Assembly (NCBI RefSeq): GCF_009914755.1
Contig: NC_060940.1
Direction: 5' to 3' (one strand)
Origin: the human T2T-CHM13v2.0 reference genome, Homo sapiens
Length of the DNA stretch: 64,000 nt
In this document: positions 29,721 to 41,913 of the stretch, in pieces
Position numbering within the stretch: the stretch's first letter is position 1
Layout: each line of letters begins with the position of its first letter
Program-made: the position numbers and the translations under genes
Notes under the pieces: model-generated
The model's input: the letters and a program-made list of their open reading frames with translations, nothing else
The model's database searches: none
What the model was told of the DNA's origin: nothing

Positions 29721-30225
29721 AAAAGGGAGGAGGAGAAGGAGGATCACTTCCAGCCTCTAAGACCAGTGAAGACTCTGAGAGAGCAAACAGACATTCTGGG
29801 TAGAGCAGTGGGTAGCTAGGCAATGTTCCCAGATGGTCTCCTTCATCTCATAAAGGATGAAAACAAAAGTGATCAACCCATCTGGGCTTAAGAGGATTGG
29901 CAAGTGAATAAAATATCTGTTTAGGAGCCAGAAGGGCTCTTCAAGCATCAAAGAAACCTTCCATGGGAGCCATGACTGCTTACTGTGATAACACCTCCTG
30001 GCAGAGGCCTTTACCTTGGGCCCGAGTGTATGGTAGAGGCCATGGGATTATCTATCACATGAGGGAAAAGGAACTAGAGTAGCTGACAAGAGCCTTTGAG
30101 CTGGGCATGTAGCCAAGTGTAGCCAGACTGGACCTAGTGGACCACATGGAGAGGAATGGACTCATATTCACAGTTGCAACTGAGTCAGATAGGAGGCTTG
30201 CTGAAATTCACCTGGGATTTGTCTG

Positions 30226-30454
30226 TGATATTGCTGGATTGTTTTTTTTCCTAACAGTGTCATTCTTGGAGGTGAAGAGGCTTGGCTCATGTTTCAATCA
30301 TCCTGAGTAAATTAGCAGTGGTATGTTTTCTGCTGTAGGCTCATTGGATTGATCTTTGAGTGTGGTAGACTTGACTACAGTTAACCAATACCCATTCTCC
30401 TCTACTTCTAGACACATGAAGGGCTGTACTGCCCAGCTCCCTTGAAGTAAGGTA
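30226..30454 (+). repeat. Inverted repeat IR1, left arm
   Basis: Reverse complement of 31547-31772, roughly 80-85% identical by hand alignment. Confidence 0.95.
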
Positions 30455-30720
30455 TTCATTTTTGTGGGAAGATCATCAAGAGAGGAAGTGATATGGTAGT
30501 TTTCACAAAGCAAACTAAGTAAGTAAAGTGGCCCTATGAGCTTTCTCATTACATGATGGAGAACAAGAAGAGAATGCAATGATGAAAGTGGGTTAAGAAA
30601 GCTGTCCTGGGGATTTGAGAATGGGTGTGGCACCAGCCACTACTTGCAACATGACACACAGAAGGAGAGGCCTTTGGTCAAGGGAGTATTAGGCTTCAGA
30701 AACTGTACAAATTAGTGAGG
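30361..30720 (+). mobile_element. Old MLT1 (I/J-like) MaLR LTR remnant
   Basis: TGTGGTAGAC start, CCCATTCTCCTCTACTTCTAGACACATG, CTCCCTTGAAG and GGAAGTGATATG resemble MLT1I/J 5' ends. Confidence 0.55.
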
Positions 30721-31239
30721 CTTCACCTGAACTCTGTGATTTCAGGTCCTCTGGCAGGAGTTATAGAACTTCTGGAGAAGATATCCATTAGGACTGGAAG
30801 GGTCAAGTTAGAATTTCTAGGCCCTGGGTGTGGAGCACAGACCTGAGAGAATAATCGTGCCTCCTGAAGTTCTCAGCCTCGGTTTTGTGACAGCCCAGAG
30901 TGCTTCCAATTATCTCAAGGGGATCAACATTTGCTCTTTTCTTGATCACTTTTATTCTAAAAATCAAGATTGGACAGGCATAAAATTAAATAATAAAAAA
31001 CCTTATATTTTTGTATAGCGCTTTTGGAATTTACAAATCTCTTTTGTGTATGTTAGAGCTCATCTGACTCTTTCACAACCTCTCTGGCTGCGAAGTAGAG
31101 AATGGATGATAGGACAGAAGAAAGAACACAGGGGGCCCTGGAGTAGTCCAGGCAAGAGGCAATATGGTAGCTCAGTCCAGGATGGTGCCATGAGGATGGG
31201 GAGAGGTGGATGGTTAATGTGAGGTCAGTTCCCTCAAAA

Positions 31240-31490
31240 TAATTCATTTATAAGTTTAACTAATATTTATGGGGCTCTACTATGGCCCAGGCATGTGGTT
31301 AGGTTCTGGGTGCTTAGAGGTGCTCTGTATTAAGATTGCCTAAAAATGGTGTGGGCAGTGCTAAGACAGATGTGTGGGTAAATAGCTATGGCACAATAAG
31401 AGAATGGCTCTAATGAATCTAAGTGCCCTAGGATCTGGGGTGAGTCTGGTGACTCTGCCTGGGGAATTTAGAGAAGCTTTCCACAGGGGA
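31240..31490 (-). mobile_element. L2 3' end
   Basis: ATTCATTTA..ATATTTATGGGGCTCTACTATGGCCCAGGCATGTGGTTAGGTTCTGGG. Confidence 0.7.
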
Positions 31491-31546
31491 GGTGGCCAGT
31501 CCAATGACATGGATCATATCCATTCTTATTTCATATCATATGGCCA

Positions 31547-31772
31547 TGCCTTGCTTCAAGGTAGGTGCGAAGTAGCTCTTCAAAGTGTCCAGAAGTAGAG
31601 GAGAATGGGTATTGGTGAATGATAGTCATGTCTACAACATTCAAAGATCAATCCAACAAGCCTACAACAGAAAACATACCACTGCTAATTTATCCATGCC
31701 AATTAAAACATGGGCTAAGCCTTTTCACCTCCAAGAATGATACCGTTAGGAAAAAAAAATCCAGCAATATCA
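31547..31772 (-). repeat. Inverted repeat IR1, right arm
   Basis: e.g. AGAAGTAGAGGAGAATGGGTATTGGT is the exact 26-bp reverse complement of a left-arm segment. Confidence 0.95.
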
Positions 31773-31893
31773 AAGCAATATCAAATGAGAAGTAATTTTC
31801 CTAGAAGGGAAAGGCAGAAGGGCATGCCAATTAGAAGGAGCAGCATATACAGAAATGCATGTGTCCCAGAATTATGGAGTTTGGTCTAATAAT

Positions 31894-31905
31894 ACACACA
31901 CACAA

Positions 31906-31946
<41 letters not shown>

Positions 31947-31953
31947 CACACAC
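31894..31953. repeat. Interrupted (CA)n microsatellite
   Basis: CA run with two AA interruptions. Confidence 0.96.
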
Positions 31954-32429
31954 AGGGGAGAGTATACTGAGGAGGTCAGCTGAGGCTATATCGTGAGAGC
32001 CTCATGTGATTACACTAAGAAGGTGGCATTTGATTGCCAAGTCATGGAAGTATCATGGAGGTTTGAAGCCCAGGAAAGGGATGGTCCTTCTACAGATGGA
32101 GAGATAGAAGCTCAGAGGCTGAGCGGCATGCCCATGGTCTCAGGGTCTGCAGTATTGACAAAATACTTTATCATTTATTCAATGCTACTTTGTATTTCCT
32201 AACACAGATAAATCATAAAGAATAATATATCATATGCAACGGCCATTTAAGAATTTGGAAATCTGGAAGGCAGCTAAAGGACAGACCAGAAGACACTGAA
32301 CCACATACGAAAAGCCTAAAGTCCAATAACGGGCTAATGTTCAACAGCAGTAAGTTCAGAAATCCATTCTGAGCCGACTTTCCAGTTCTCAGTGCAATGC
32401 AGTGGGTGCTCATGAGTTTTAAAACTGAA

Positions 32430-32800
32430 GTTGTAAAGGAATGTAGTTCTGACACATACCACAAAGAGGACGAACCTTAAAAACACGATCCTAAGTGAAA
32501 GAAGCCAGACACAAAGGACCACATATCGTATGAGTCTATTTATTTGCAATGCCAAGAATAGGCAAACCTATAGAGACAGAAAGTAGTCTAGTGGTTGCCA
32601 AGGGTTGAGGGGGGAGGGAAGTATAGGGTGTAACTGATAATGGGGATGTGGTTTTTATTTTGGGGTGATGAAAATATTCTCAACTTAGATTAGGGTGATG
32701 GTTGCACAAACCTGTGAATATACTAAACACTCTTGAATCCTATACTTCAAATGGATGAATTTTACGGTAAGTGAATAATATCTCAGAAAAGTTCTTAACA
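32430..32800 (+). mobile_element. L1MB-type 3' end
   Basis: CTAAGTGAAAGAAGCCAGACACAAAGGACCACATA..ATAGAGACAGAAAGTAG..GGTGATGGTTGCACAA. Confidence 0.88.
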
Positions 32801-34419
32801 AAACCTGAAGCTATAGCCCCTATTTGGGTCTCCAGTGTATTTATTTAAATATTGAAACTCCCAACATCAACATACCTTGGAGGCGATGCCATCGATTTCT
32901 TTGCCAAACGCATCAAAGTCCATATTATGACATCTTAGATAGCTCTCCACACATATTTGTGGTTCTAAAGAATAGGACATAAACATTCCTGGGGATAAGA
33001 TAACTCTCAGTCCTGAGGAAACCGTATCTCAAAAGGCTCTTTGAAAGGCTTTGTCTAAATAACACAAAACAGAACATTTGGCAGAAATGAAGCCCAGACA
33101 AATGGTCATGGGTCTTAAGGATCAAACTATTTTTGTTTTTATTTGCTGGGAGAGTAGTATTCTGAGAAGCCTTTTGGCTTACTTGTTCTTGAGTTCTGTG
33201 TATGCTCTACATTCCTCTTATGCACGTAGAACAGGGAGAAGCAATCTATGGCATGTGAGCTGATTTTAACTATGCTGGCTTCTACTGCCATGACCTACCA
33301 CAACTGCAGTAACTGCTGCCCAATATTCCAAGTATTCCATGAGACCAGGTATGATGACTCATTCCCTAAACCCACTCCTACCCTTCAAAGAGTCAGTCCT
33401 TAACCAAACAACCCTCTTCTATTCCCTCCCCAACTTCCCTAGAAGCAGATCTGGGCCTGCCATATTGAAAACATGGATGACCAATGGTTGGATGAAAGCA
33501 CAGTCTTCAGGTCCCTTCTCCTATGATGCCCACTTTTAATAACATACTTCCTTACAAAGGTGGCACCTGGCAGATGAATGAAAGATGCTCCAAGGATAAC
33601 CTAAATTGGACTTCATTCTGAAAATTTGAAAGACAATGACAAGATTCAGCAAGTATCTTGCCTTATCATTCAAGAATACCAACTTTATGTCAAGAAGCTT
33701 AGACCCAGCAGGCTGGAGTGTCATATGTTGAGTTGCCCTGGAATAGAATCTTTGTGATTGATGACAACTGCAATCTCACATTCACCCATGTGTGGTTTAA
33801 CTGAATTTTGTGCACCGTAGACAGTTTTGTTTCTGTCATTTGCCCCCAGGGGACTCTGAGGACCTTGATGGTCTTGCTGGCCTGGAATGCCTCAATTCTC
33901 CATGGATTTATAAAATCCCAGAGAATGTACTGTGCAGACTCAGGGTGAACATAGACACAAGCATTTAATTTCCTTTACTGGTCATCAACCTTTTCAGCTC
34001 AGGATCGGGGGGAACACCAGCCAGAATACTGAACCTATTTGACCATTTTCCTATGCTTTTTAAATTTAATTTAATTTTTATTTATTTTTATTTTTTAAAG
34101 GCAGAGCAACTCAGGGTCTTTTAAACAATGAGGTCTTAAATTGTTTTAAAAAGAAAATAGTCTTGGATTCTTGGATCCATCTGTAGTGCGTATTATAATC
34201 AACTGATGTTACCAGATCTTCGGTGGGGAACAGAGAAGTGGTAGAAACTGGGGAGGTGGTGGTTGCACAGTCATCCATTTTAAAGGTCTTCCTTAAATAC
34301 CTATTGCTGTAGATAGGTAAATCTGGTCAATATCAGGAAATAGTATTCCCTGTATTTGGTCAATGAAACATCACTCACTGCTTGACCAGATTGCATTCCA
34401 CAAGACACTAGTAGTAGCC

Positions 34420-34630
34420 ATCATTTTTGAGAGTCTAAGACGGGAGTTATAGGTTTGGTGTGGATTAACTCAATCTTCATGACATTTTAATGAGGCACGT
34501 TTAATTCTTATCCCTGTTTTAAATATGGGGAATTGGAGATTCAGAGAAGCCCCATAACTTGCCTAAGACCACATAGCTAGAAGTTAACGAAGCTGCAAGG
34601 AGAGCTCAGACTCACCTGTATCCAGAGTTC
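34420..34630 (-). mobile_element. MIR
   Basis: GGGGAATTGGAGATTCAGAGAAG..TAACTTGCCTAAGACCACATAGCTAG. Confidence 0.7.
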
Positions 34631-36990
34631 TCTCTCAGCTATTCTATGATCCTGTCTCCTGATGAAATAAACAGGCAAACCAAATACGATGTGTGGTGGA
34701 CATAAGAGGAGACTTGTAACAGAATTAAAGATAAGTGCTCAGAAGGATAAAACCAGGGTGATTGCTGCAATATCTATTCCTTATGAAAATATTCCATTTG
34801 CTTCCTGTTGAAACAGACTAACAAGGGATAGGTTGAAAGCAAATATAAGTAAGCAGATACTTCATCTTTCTGATCTGTGCAAAACCCATCCCAAGTGGGC
34901 AGTGCAAATCCATGCTGCTCTTCCTTTCTCCTCTTCAGCGAATTAGCACATCGAAGGACCTCTCTGTCCTCCTTATATTTGCAAAGCTACATGAACTCAT
35001 TCTTTTCCTCTAGGACTGTTGGTCACAGGTACATTCAGTTCAGACTTTTTACCCTCCTTTCCTTGCTGCCTTCCTTCTCAAAATCAGCCTCATTGGTAGT
35101 TTGCAAGCAAGTGTCTAGTTAAAACAAAACCTTTCCAAAGGGAAGAAGAGTAGGTTTTGCTCTGCTGTTTTGATTTCTAAATGTAAGGGTGGCGAACCAG
35201 ATTCACCTCTGGTGTTTCATTGTGGATTCCACAATTCATCACGCTCTTGGCAAGTGGTGGTGCTCCACATGGTGGGGAGCACGGGGGAGGGATCTCAAGG
35301 ATTTTAGGCAGTGGGCGGTGTTGAGGAAATATCTTCCTACCCTTTCCACCCTCTTGCTTGTGTCGACTATATTTTCGAGTTTCACTCAATGATGGAGTTG
35401 TTTCTTAGCGTCTTGTGCGCTTAGCCATTTAATTAAAGCAATCCATATTGAATTCATGTCCAGATGCCTCGACCGGCGGAGCCAGATCCTCATTGGCATG
35501 CCAGCTGCTCCAAGAGGAACACGGCCCCTTGCATACTAATCAGGAGAGGAGGCAGTGATTCATCAGCCCATGATACTGCTCCAGCATCTACAAGCACTTA
35601 TGACATGTAATTGGTGGTGCATAAGCAAGCCAGGCCACATTAAAAACCCTACAGATAGTCAGAGATAAAAATTAATGACTTTTGCTTTGTGTAATCCTGC
35701 ATGCATTGGTGGGAAAGCGGAGAAGGGGGGAGTTGGGATTAATGGGCAAATCTAAGTAGGCACCAAGGAACAAAGGCCTTCCCGGCCTTGTTTACATATC
35801 GAACAATAAAAAACACAAGTGACAAGTTATGGGAAAGGCGAGTGTGAATTTTCGGCACGAGTGAGTTGAAAGACTGCTTGCAGTTTATTACAGATTCTAA
35901 ATTTCCATATTCATTATTCCAAAACAAACGTCCTCAGTGGGCTCTTCTGGGACTGGCTAGAGCAGTTGTTATTATTCATCTTTCACAGGGGCTGGGTTGT
36001 CATGATTAGGGCTGGGCTGGGCTCACTCTTCATGGCATGCCCCAGCTACTCAGGGACACAATGCAGACCTTTGACAAGCCCAGAGGAATGTGACAGGGAT
36101 CAAGTAGAGTCAGTATGAGCAGGCGCTCCAACAGCAGAAGGAGCCTCACACTTAGAGCAGGATGGGGGAAGAGAGGAGAGAGTTTTGAGCCACCTACTGC
36201 TAGACAAGGGAAATAGCCCAGGTGGCCCAGGTAGTAGCTAATGACCAGGAAGGAAAGGAAGAAAGGAAAGTAGGAGTGGCAAATAAAGTGGATTTCATAA
36301 TTAATCTGGGCAGGTTAATGAATATAGTTATTGGGATGGTATCAGTCAGGTTCTGGTTAATATGGATATTAAAAAGGGGATTGATTACACGTGTGGTTTA
36401 GGGTAGTTTCAGATTGTGTTAGAGGATCATGCAAAGTGAAGGCAACAATTCATGCATGTGCTGCAAGACAGTCTTTTGCACTGAGTGCCACATGGGGAAT
36501 GCAATAGGGGCAAACGTCAGGATTTTGTAGTCAGAAACTGCATTGGTTGTTTATTTAAGGGCCTTCTTTAAGACACAGATGGCCTGGCTGAACTTTGAAG
36601 TGGGCTTGAGCAAGAAAAAGCTTCTAGGCTGATGGGTGGATGTGGATATGTTCAGCTACTGTGATCACTGAACAAGGGAGAGGCAAGGGCATGTTGATGC
36701 TGAGATTGAGGGGAGGATGGGTCATTATCAAATATTTATGATTGTGGTTTGGTGGAGGCAGGGAGGTAATTAAAAGACAGATACTAAGATAATAGGCTTA
36801 AGACATGATGATTTTCCCAGTGGTCTGGCTTTGTCCTTTCTGAAAGGAAGAGTAACATCAACCCTATACTCATTGGTGGCTTTCTTCCTTTCTCTCCATG
36901 ATGGCCTTGTTCTGATGATCCTTATGCTTCTAGTGTTCTTGTTGGTCATGGACTAGCTTAGTGATCCTCAGGGGAAAATCTGTGGGCAGC

Positions 36991-37359
36991 TGTGTTAGTC
37001 CATTCTCACACTGCTATGAAAAAATACCCAAGACTGGGTAATTTATAAAGGAAAGAGGTTTAATTGACTCACAGTTCCACATGGCTAGGGAGGCCTCAGA
37101 AAACTTACAATCATGGTGGAAGGGGAAGCAAACACACCCTTCTTCACATGGTGGCAGGAGAGACAAGTGCAGAGTGAAGCGGGGAAAGCCCCGTATAAAA
37201 CCATCAGATCTCGTGAGAACTCACTATCATGAGAACAGCATGGAGGAACCGCCCCCATAATCTAATCACCTCCCATGACGTCCCTCCCATGACATGTGGG
37301 AATTATGGGAACTACAATTCAAGATGAGATTTGGGTAGGGGCACAGCCAAACCATATCA
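36991..37359 (-). mobile_element. THE1 (B/C-like) solo LTR with perfect TSD
   Basis: TGTGTTAGTCCATTCTCAC..CAGCCAAACCATATCA; TSD GCAGC at 36986-36990 and 37360-37364. Confidence 0.95.
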
Positions 37360-39081
37360 GCAGCATTTGTAGAAAGGGCATCCTGAGAGTAGAAAATGTC
37401 CAAAGAGATGATTGGCAAGAATGTGTTAACTATTCCTCAATGTGACAAGAGCCATGCTTTGAGTTGAGACATCCCTGGTCTTATGCCTAGAGTCCTTTGT
37501 TCTTCTGTTGCCACAGAACAAAACCATGCTATCTGGTCTGTGCAGAGAGTACATCCACAATTGTGCTTTCCTAAGTGTCATGATTTACCCATGAGATGCA
37601 GTTAAGAGGAGTAACTCATTCGCAGTGGTGAGAATGCCTAGAATTCTTGGTACTTTCTGTAGAAGATCATGAGCTGTTGATATAGTATACTAAAATAACA
37701 CATTTGTACGCCAGTTCTGCTACATTCCCAGGGACCTGGAACTTGAGTCTTATGCAGAGAATATGTCAACATTTAAAAACAATAGAGGGGTTGGATTTTA
37801 AGAGATGACATTTCTCTTCAATAACTTATATCTGGGGGTTAGAAAAAGACGTGCCACGAGTAAAGCTTTCATCTGCCGTAGTATCCTTGTTCTAAAAGAG
37901 GACAGCTAGCATCACACAGGAAGAGTTGGGAAATCAGTGGTTAAAAGTCCTATACCACACACCCAAAGAAAAACAAGGCAGAAGAAAAAAAGAAGATCTC
38001 TTGAGATTCTCTTACCCATGTTCAACTCCATGCCTTATGCTAAGTGGCTTCAGACAACGTGGCTTTTATAGAGCCTGATCCAACAAAGTAATATTGATTC
38101 TCTCTTTTTCAAGGTTCCTTCTCAAGGAAGGGCTGGCTGGGACACATTTCCAGTATCCTGAAAAAGTTGACTACATAATAAAACCAGATGATGATAAAAA
38201 CGAAATTTGGGGAAAACTGGAGCTATTAAACAAGTAGGAAGTCATTGAGAAACAGAGATTACACACTGGGAGAAAAAAATTTATATAACGAAGCTCTATA
38301 TCTACTAGAGAGAAAAAGAAAAGAACCTAACCTGTGTTTGTGAGTGATTAAATCATTTACATGACAGTGTAGGGGCCTGAGCTGCCCTTTCCTCCTGCAA
38401 GGATGTCAGGATGCCCAACTTGGCCATGTCCACTAGCTGCACATGTTTCTGAGCACCTGGAGTTACAGAGGGTTATACATCTTCCCAGCAGCACAGGTCT
38501 CTGGCTGAACTACCACCCAGAGGAAAACTTACTTTCTTTTTGCCTCTTTTAATTTCCTTTAGCAAATAAAGTCCTCTCAAGATTTTCATCTAGTCAGGAG
38601 AAGAAACTAAATCCTTTGCTGGCATGTAAGAATATTAACTGTATCGGATATGGGAAGACCACTGGACCAGCAAAAACTTATGTGGACCTGGGACTAATTC
38701 AAACCACGAACAAAAGTGATGAGGCAATGGCATGAATAAATACGTAGTGATCTCTTTCCATGAAGAGCTCACAGAGCCCTCAAGGTAGTCAATGAACGTA
38801 CTCCATGCAACAAGAGTGGTGGCAAGAGTTTGTACAGTTTCCAAGAGAGAAACTGAGACATAGTGAAGACTAGTGATTTTCTAGAGGCCAAATTAGCAAC
38901 AAACCTAGAAATCTATGGTTGCTCTCTTGTACTTCCCTCTTTCCTTTCTTTTTTCCTTCATTTCTTTCCTCTTTCCTTCCTTTATGGCTTCCCTCCCTCC
39001 TTATTCCTTCCCTTGCTCCTTCCATCTCTCTGTCTTCCCCCTTACATTTACTTACTACACAGTTTTAGGAGACAAAGATTT

Positions 39082-39527
39082 TAGATAGATAGATACATAG
39101 ACATGTAAATACATAAATAGTTACATAGATACATAGTAGATAGACACATACATGGATACATAGACACATGGATAGTTACATAGATAGACACATAGATGGA
39201 TAGACACATAGACACACAGATACATAAATAGAAAGATAAATATATAGATACCCAGACACAGATAGAAAAATACAGTTACATAGATAGACACGTAGTAGAC
39301 AGACACATAAATACATAGATATATAGACACAAGATACATAGACACATAGATGGATAGATACATAGACACATAATAGACAGAAAGATACATACATACATAG
39401 ACACACAGAAAGATACATAGATAGACACATAAATAGGTAGATACACAGATACATAGACACATAGATAAACAGACAGAAAGAAAGCAAGAAAGCAAGCAAG
39501 CAGGCAAGCAAGCCAGTCAGCCAGCCC
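39082..39527. repeat. Complex degenerate tetranucleotide satellite (AGAT/ACAT/AGAC, then GCAA/GCCA)
   Basis: About 445 bp of mixed TAGA/TACA/GACA units. Confidence 0.93.
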
Positions 39528-39529
39528 AG

Positions 39530-40396
39530 GCTAGTGGTGTCTTGATTATAATCTTGTTGAAGAGCTATTCAGTTGATGGTGGGGTATAGGATGAGTTGAC
39601 AAGGGACAATAACGAGGGTGGATGTGTGGGGTAGTCAGAAAGCATTTGGATTTTCTAGGGGTAACAAGGGCTCTATACTAGGCATAACCAGCAAAAGAAC
39701 TGGAAAAGGAGAAGGCAGATGTGAGATCTGCTTCAAACAGAAACACTGAGATTTGGCAACAAATCAGATGTGGGATGAGGTCAAAGGAAGTTTTCACCCC
39801 AAGAGACCAAAAAAAAAAAAAAAAAAAAAAAAAGGTGGTCCCTTCACAAGACAGAAGGTACACAAGAGGAGCAGGTTAAGGACCACAGCTGACTTCCACC
39901 TTGTATCCGGCACGCTGAACATCCTGCTGCCAATGCAGGTGGAAGTGTTGAGCTGGTGCAGTCTCAGGTAAGTCTAGTCTGGGATGCTGGTTTGAGAATG
40001 GGTGATGCACCCACTCACGAAGGAGGGAGAATGTCCAGGATGCAATCAGACAGAGAAGAGGATGGGGTCAAGGACATGGCTTATGTGCTGAAAGAGGAAG
40101 GAGAAAGGGGACAGGAAGGTCTGCCCCAAAGGCAGCAGGGCCAGGAGAATGGAGTCGCCACGGCCAGAGGAGGACAGCGTTCTAGGAAAGCAGAGGGGGC
40201 CACGGAGGGTCACCAGCTTCATCGCTGCCTCTCTGCTGAGAATAAGCCACACGGGCTGAGCAGGGAGAAGAGGCTGTTGAATTTGCTGATCCGTGGGAGG
40301 GCCATTTTCACGGAGGTAGGCAAGAGGACAGACTGCAGGGGGTTAAGGAGGAAGGGGATGTCAAGGGCATGAAGGCAGTGAGAGCTGAAAACTCAT
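39530..40396 (-). mobile_element. L2 fragment
   Basis: GATTTGGCAACAAATCAGATGTGGG..GAGGTCAAAG; GAAGAGGCTGTTGAATTTG..CAGACTGCAGGGGGTTAAGGAG antisense L2 pattern. Confidence 0.7.
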
Positions 40397-40536
40397 TAAC
40401 TGCCCTAAATGCTGAGGACAAATAGAATAATAAACTTCTAGGCAAGAATGAAATGCACTTTTGCCTCCAGGAGACCACTTCAGCTCTTGGAGCTGAAGGA
40501 AGTGGGGCTCTGTGCCTTCCCCTGCTGTCAACTTCC
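40364..40536 (+). repeat. Inverted repeat IR2, left arm
   Basis: Gapless 173-bp match to the reverse complement of 41741-41913; 15 mismatches counted by hand (~91%). Confidence 0.97.
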
Positions 40537-41740
40537 TGTCCGCTGCAGCCCCCGAGGTTGGCAGAGGGGCCATTGTTCTGCCCGCTCCCCAAAGGACCGT
40601 CAGCCGAGTGGCCACTCGCAGTCACTCTTCTTTGTGCCTGGAGAGATTAGAAACGAAGAACGGAAGCTCAAGAGACTCCAAGACAGACGCTCGGGGCAAG
40701 TGGAAGCGTTTCAGAGTCCCCAAATTTGAACCTGTCCCCTCCTCCTCTCAGTCCTGTGATCTTCCATTAAATTGGATAAGGAGATCTCTTTTCCTCCTTT
40801 TCTTTCTCATTCTTTTTTTTTTTTTTTTTTTTTTTTTTGCAAAATGAATGCTTTCTGAATCTGCTTGACGTAAGAACTTTCTTTGTTCCACCCTAATGTT
40901 GATGGCTTGTTTTGTTCTTGAGTTTGCCTGCTTTGCACAAAGGGGGAAAAATGTCCTCAAAACTAAACTGAATTCAGCAGCTCTATTCATGGCCAAATTT
41001 AAAACATTTAAAGGTAAATTCAATTAGCAAATGTAGAACCAATTATTAGGTGACCAAACACAGTTTTCAACATCCAAAATGTGAGTCTTTTTCAGAAAAA
41101 CCAAGACATACATAAAGAGTTTCATTCTCCTAGGCTAAGAAGATACATTTTAGTACGAAAAGGGTGCCAAACTGTTGAAGTGATAGCTATAATAATATTT
41201 ACCAAGTGTTACGTGCTAGGCCCTGGGTTTTTCCTCAGAAAACAAAGAAATCAAACAAATGAAGACAGGTTTATTTTCCCTATGACTTCGATTTTTCCAG
41301 AAATTTTACAATTCTGAATTAAACAAACACTGGAGTGAATTAGAACCTAAAAGATAAAAAGTGATTTTAAAGAACCCAACAACTGAGTAAAGGACTTATC
41401 TTTTACCCCGTGTAACTTTGCTGAATATATCCAGTATTTCCAGGAGTAAAGTTTCCGCTGCAGAATATTTTTCTCCTTTGATATATTTAAGGCACTGATG
41501 TAACCATCCACGGCTTTATAGTTAAAGCCATCAAAACAAACTCAGATACAACTCTGACAGCTATTTCTACTGTTCGTTGCCAATGAAGATTCATGATCAG
41601 GGTATCAGTCACCTTTGTTTGGGCTAAATTTCATGTACGTAATAATAACGTCCCTGAATGTCCCCAAGGTCCTGCCATTTGATTCTCCCAATAACTAGAT
41701 TCAACATCATGAGCTTTTGTGATTTGAATTGAAAGGGGCT

Positions 41741-41913
41741 GGAAGTTGACAGTGGGGGAAGGCACAGAGTCCCACTGCCTTCAGCTCTGAGAGCAGAAAT
41801 GGTCTCCTGGAAGCAAAACTGCATTTCATTCTTGCCTAGAAGTTTATTATTCTATTTGTCCTCAGCAGTTTGGGCAGTTAATGAGTTTTTGACTCTCACT
41901 GCCTTCATGCCCT
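41741..41913 (-). repeat. Inverted repeat IR2, right arm
   Basis: Includes a perfect 48-bp complementary core TGCATTTCATTCTTGCCTAGAAGTTTATTATTCTATTTGTCCTCAGCA. Confidence 0.97.

Noticed and set aside
39121-39511. Tyr/Val/Cys/Met-rich ORFs
   Set aside because: Translation of the tetranucleotide satellite.
30226-41913. IR1/IR2 as terminal inverted repeats of DNA transposons
   Set aside because: No transposase remnant or TSD was seen, the spacers hold unrelated sequence, and the arms appear to cross L2/MLT1 junctions. A Dfam search is needed to exclude this fully.
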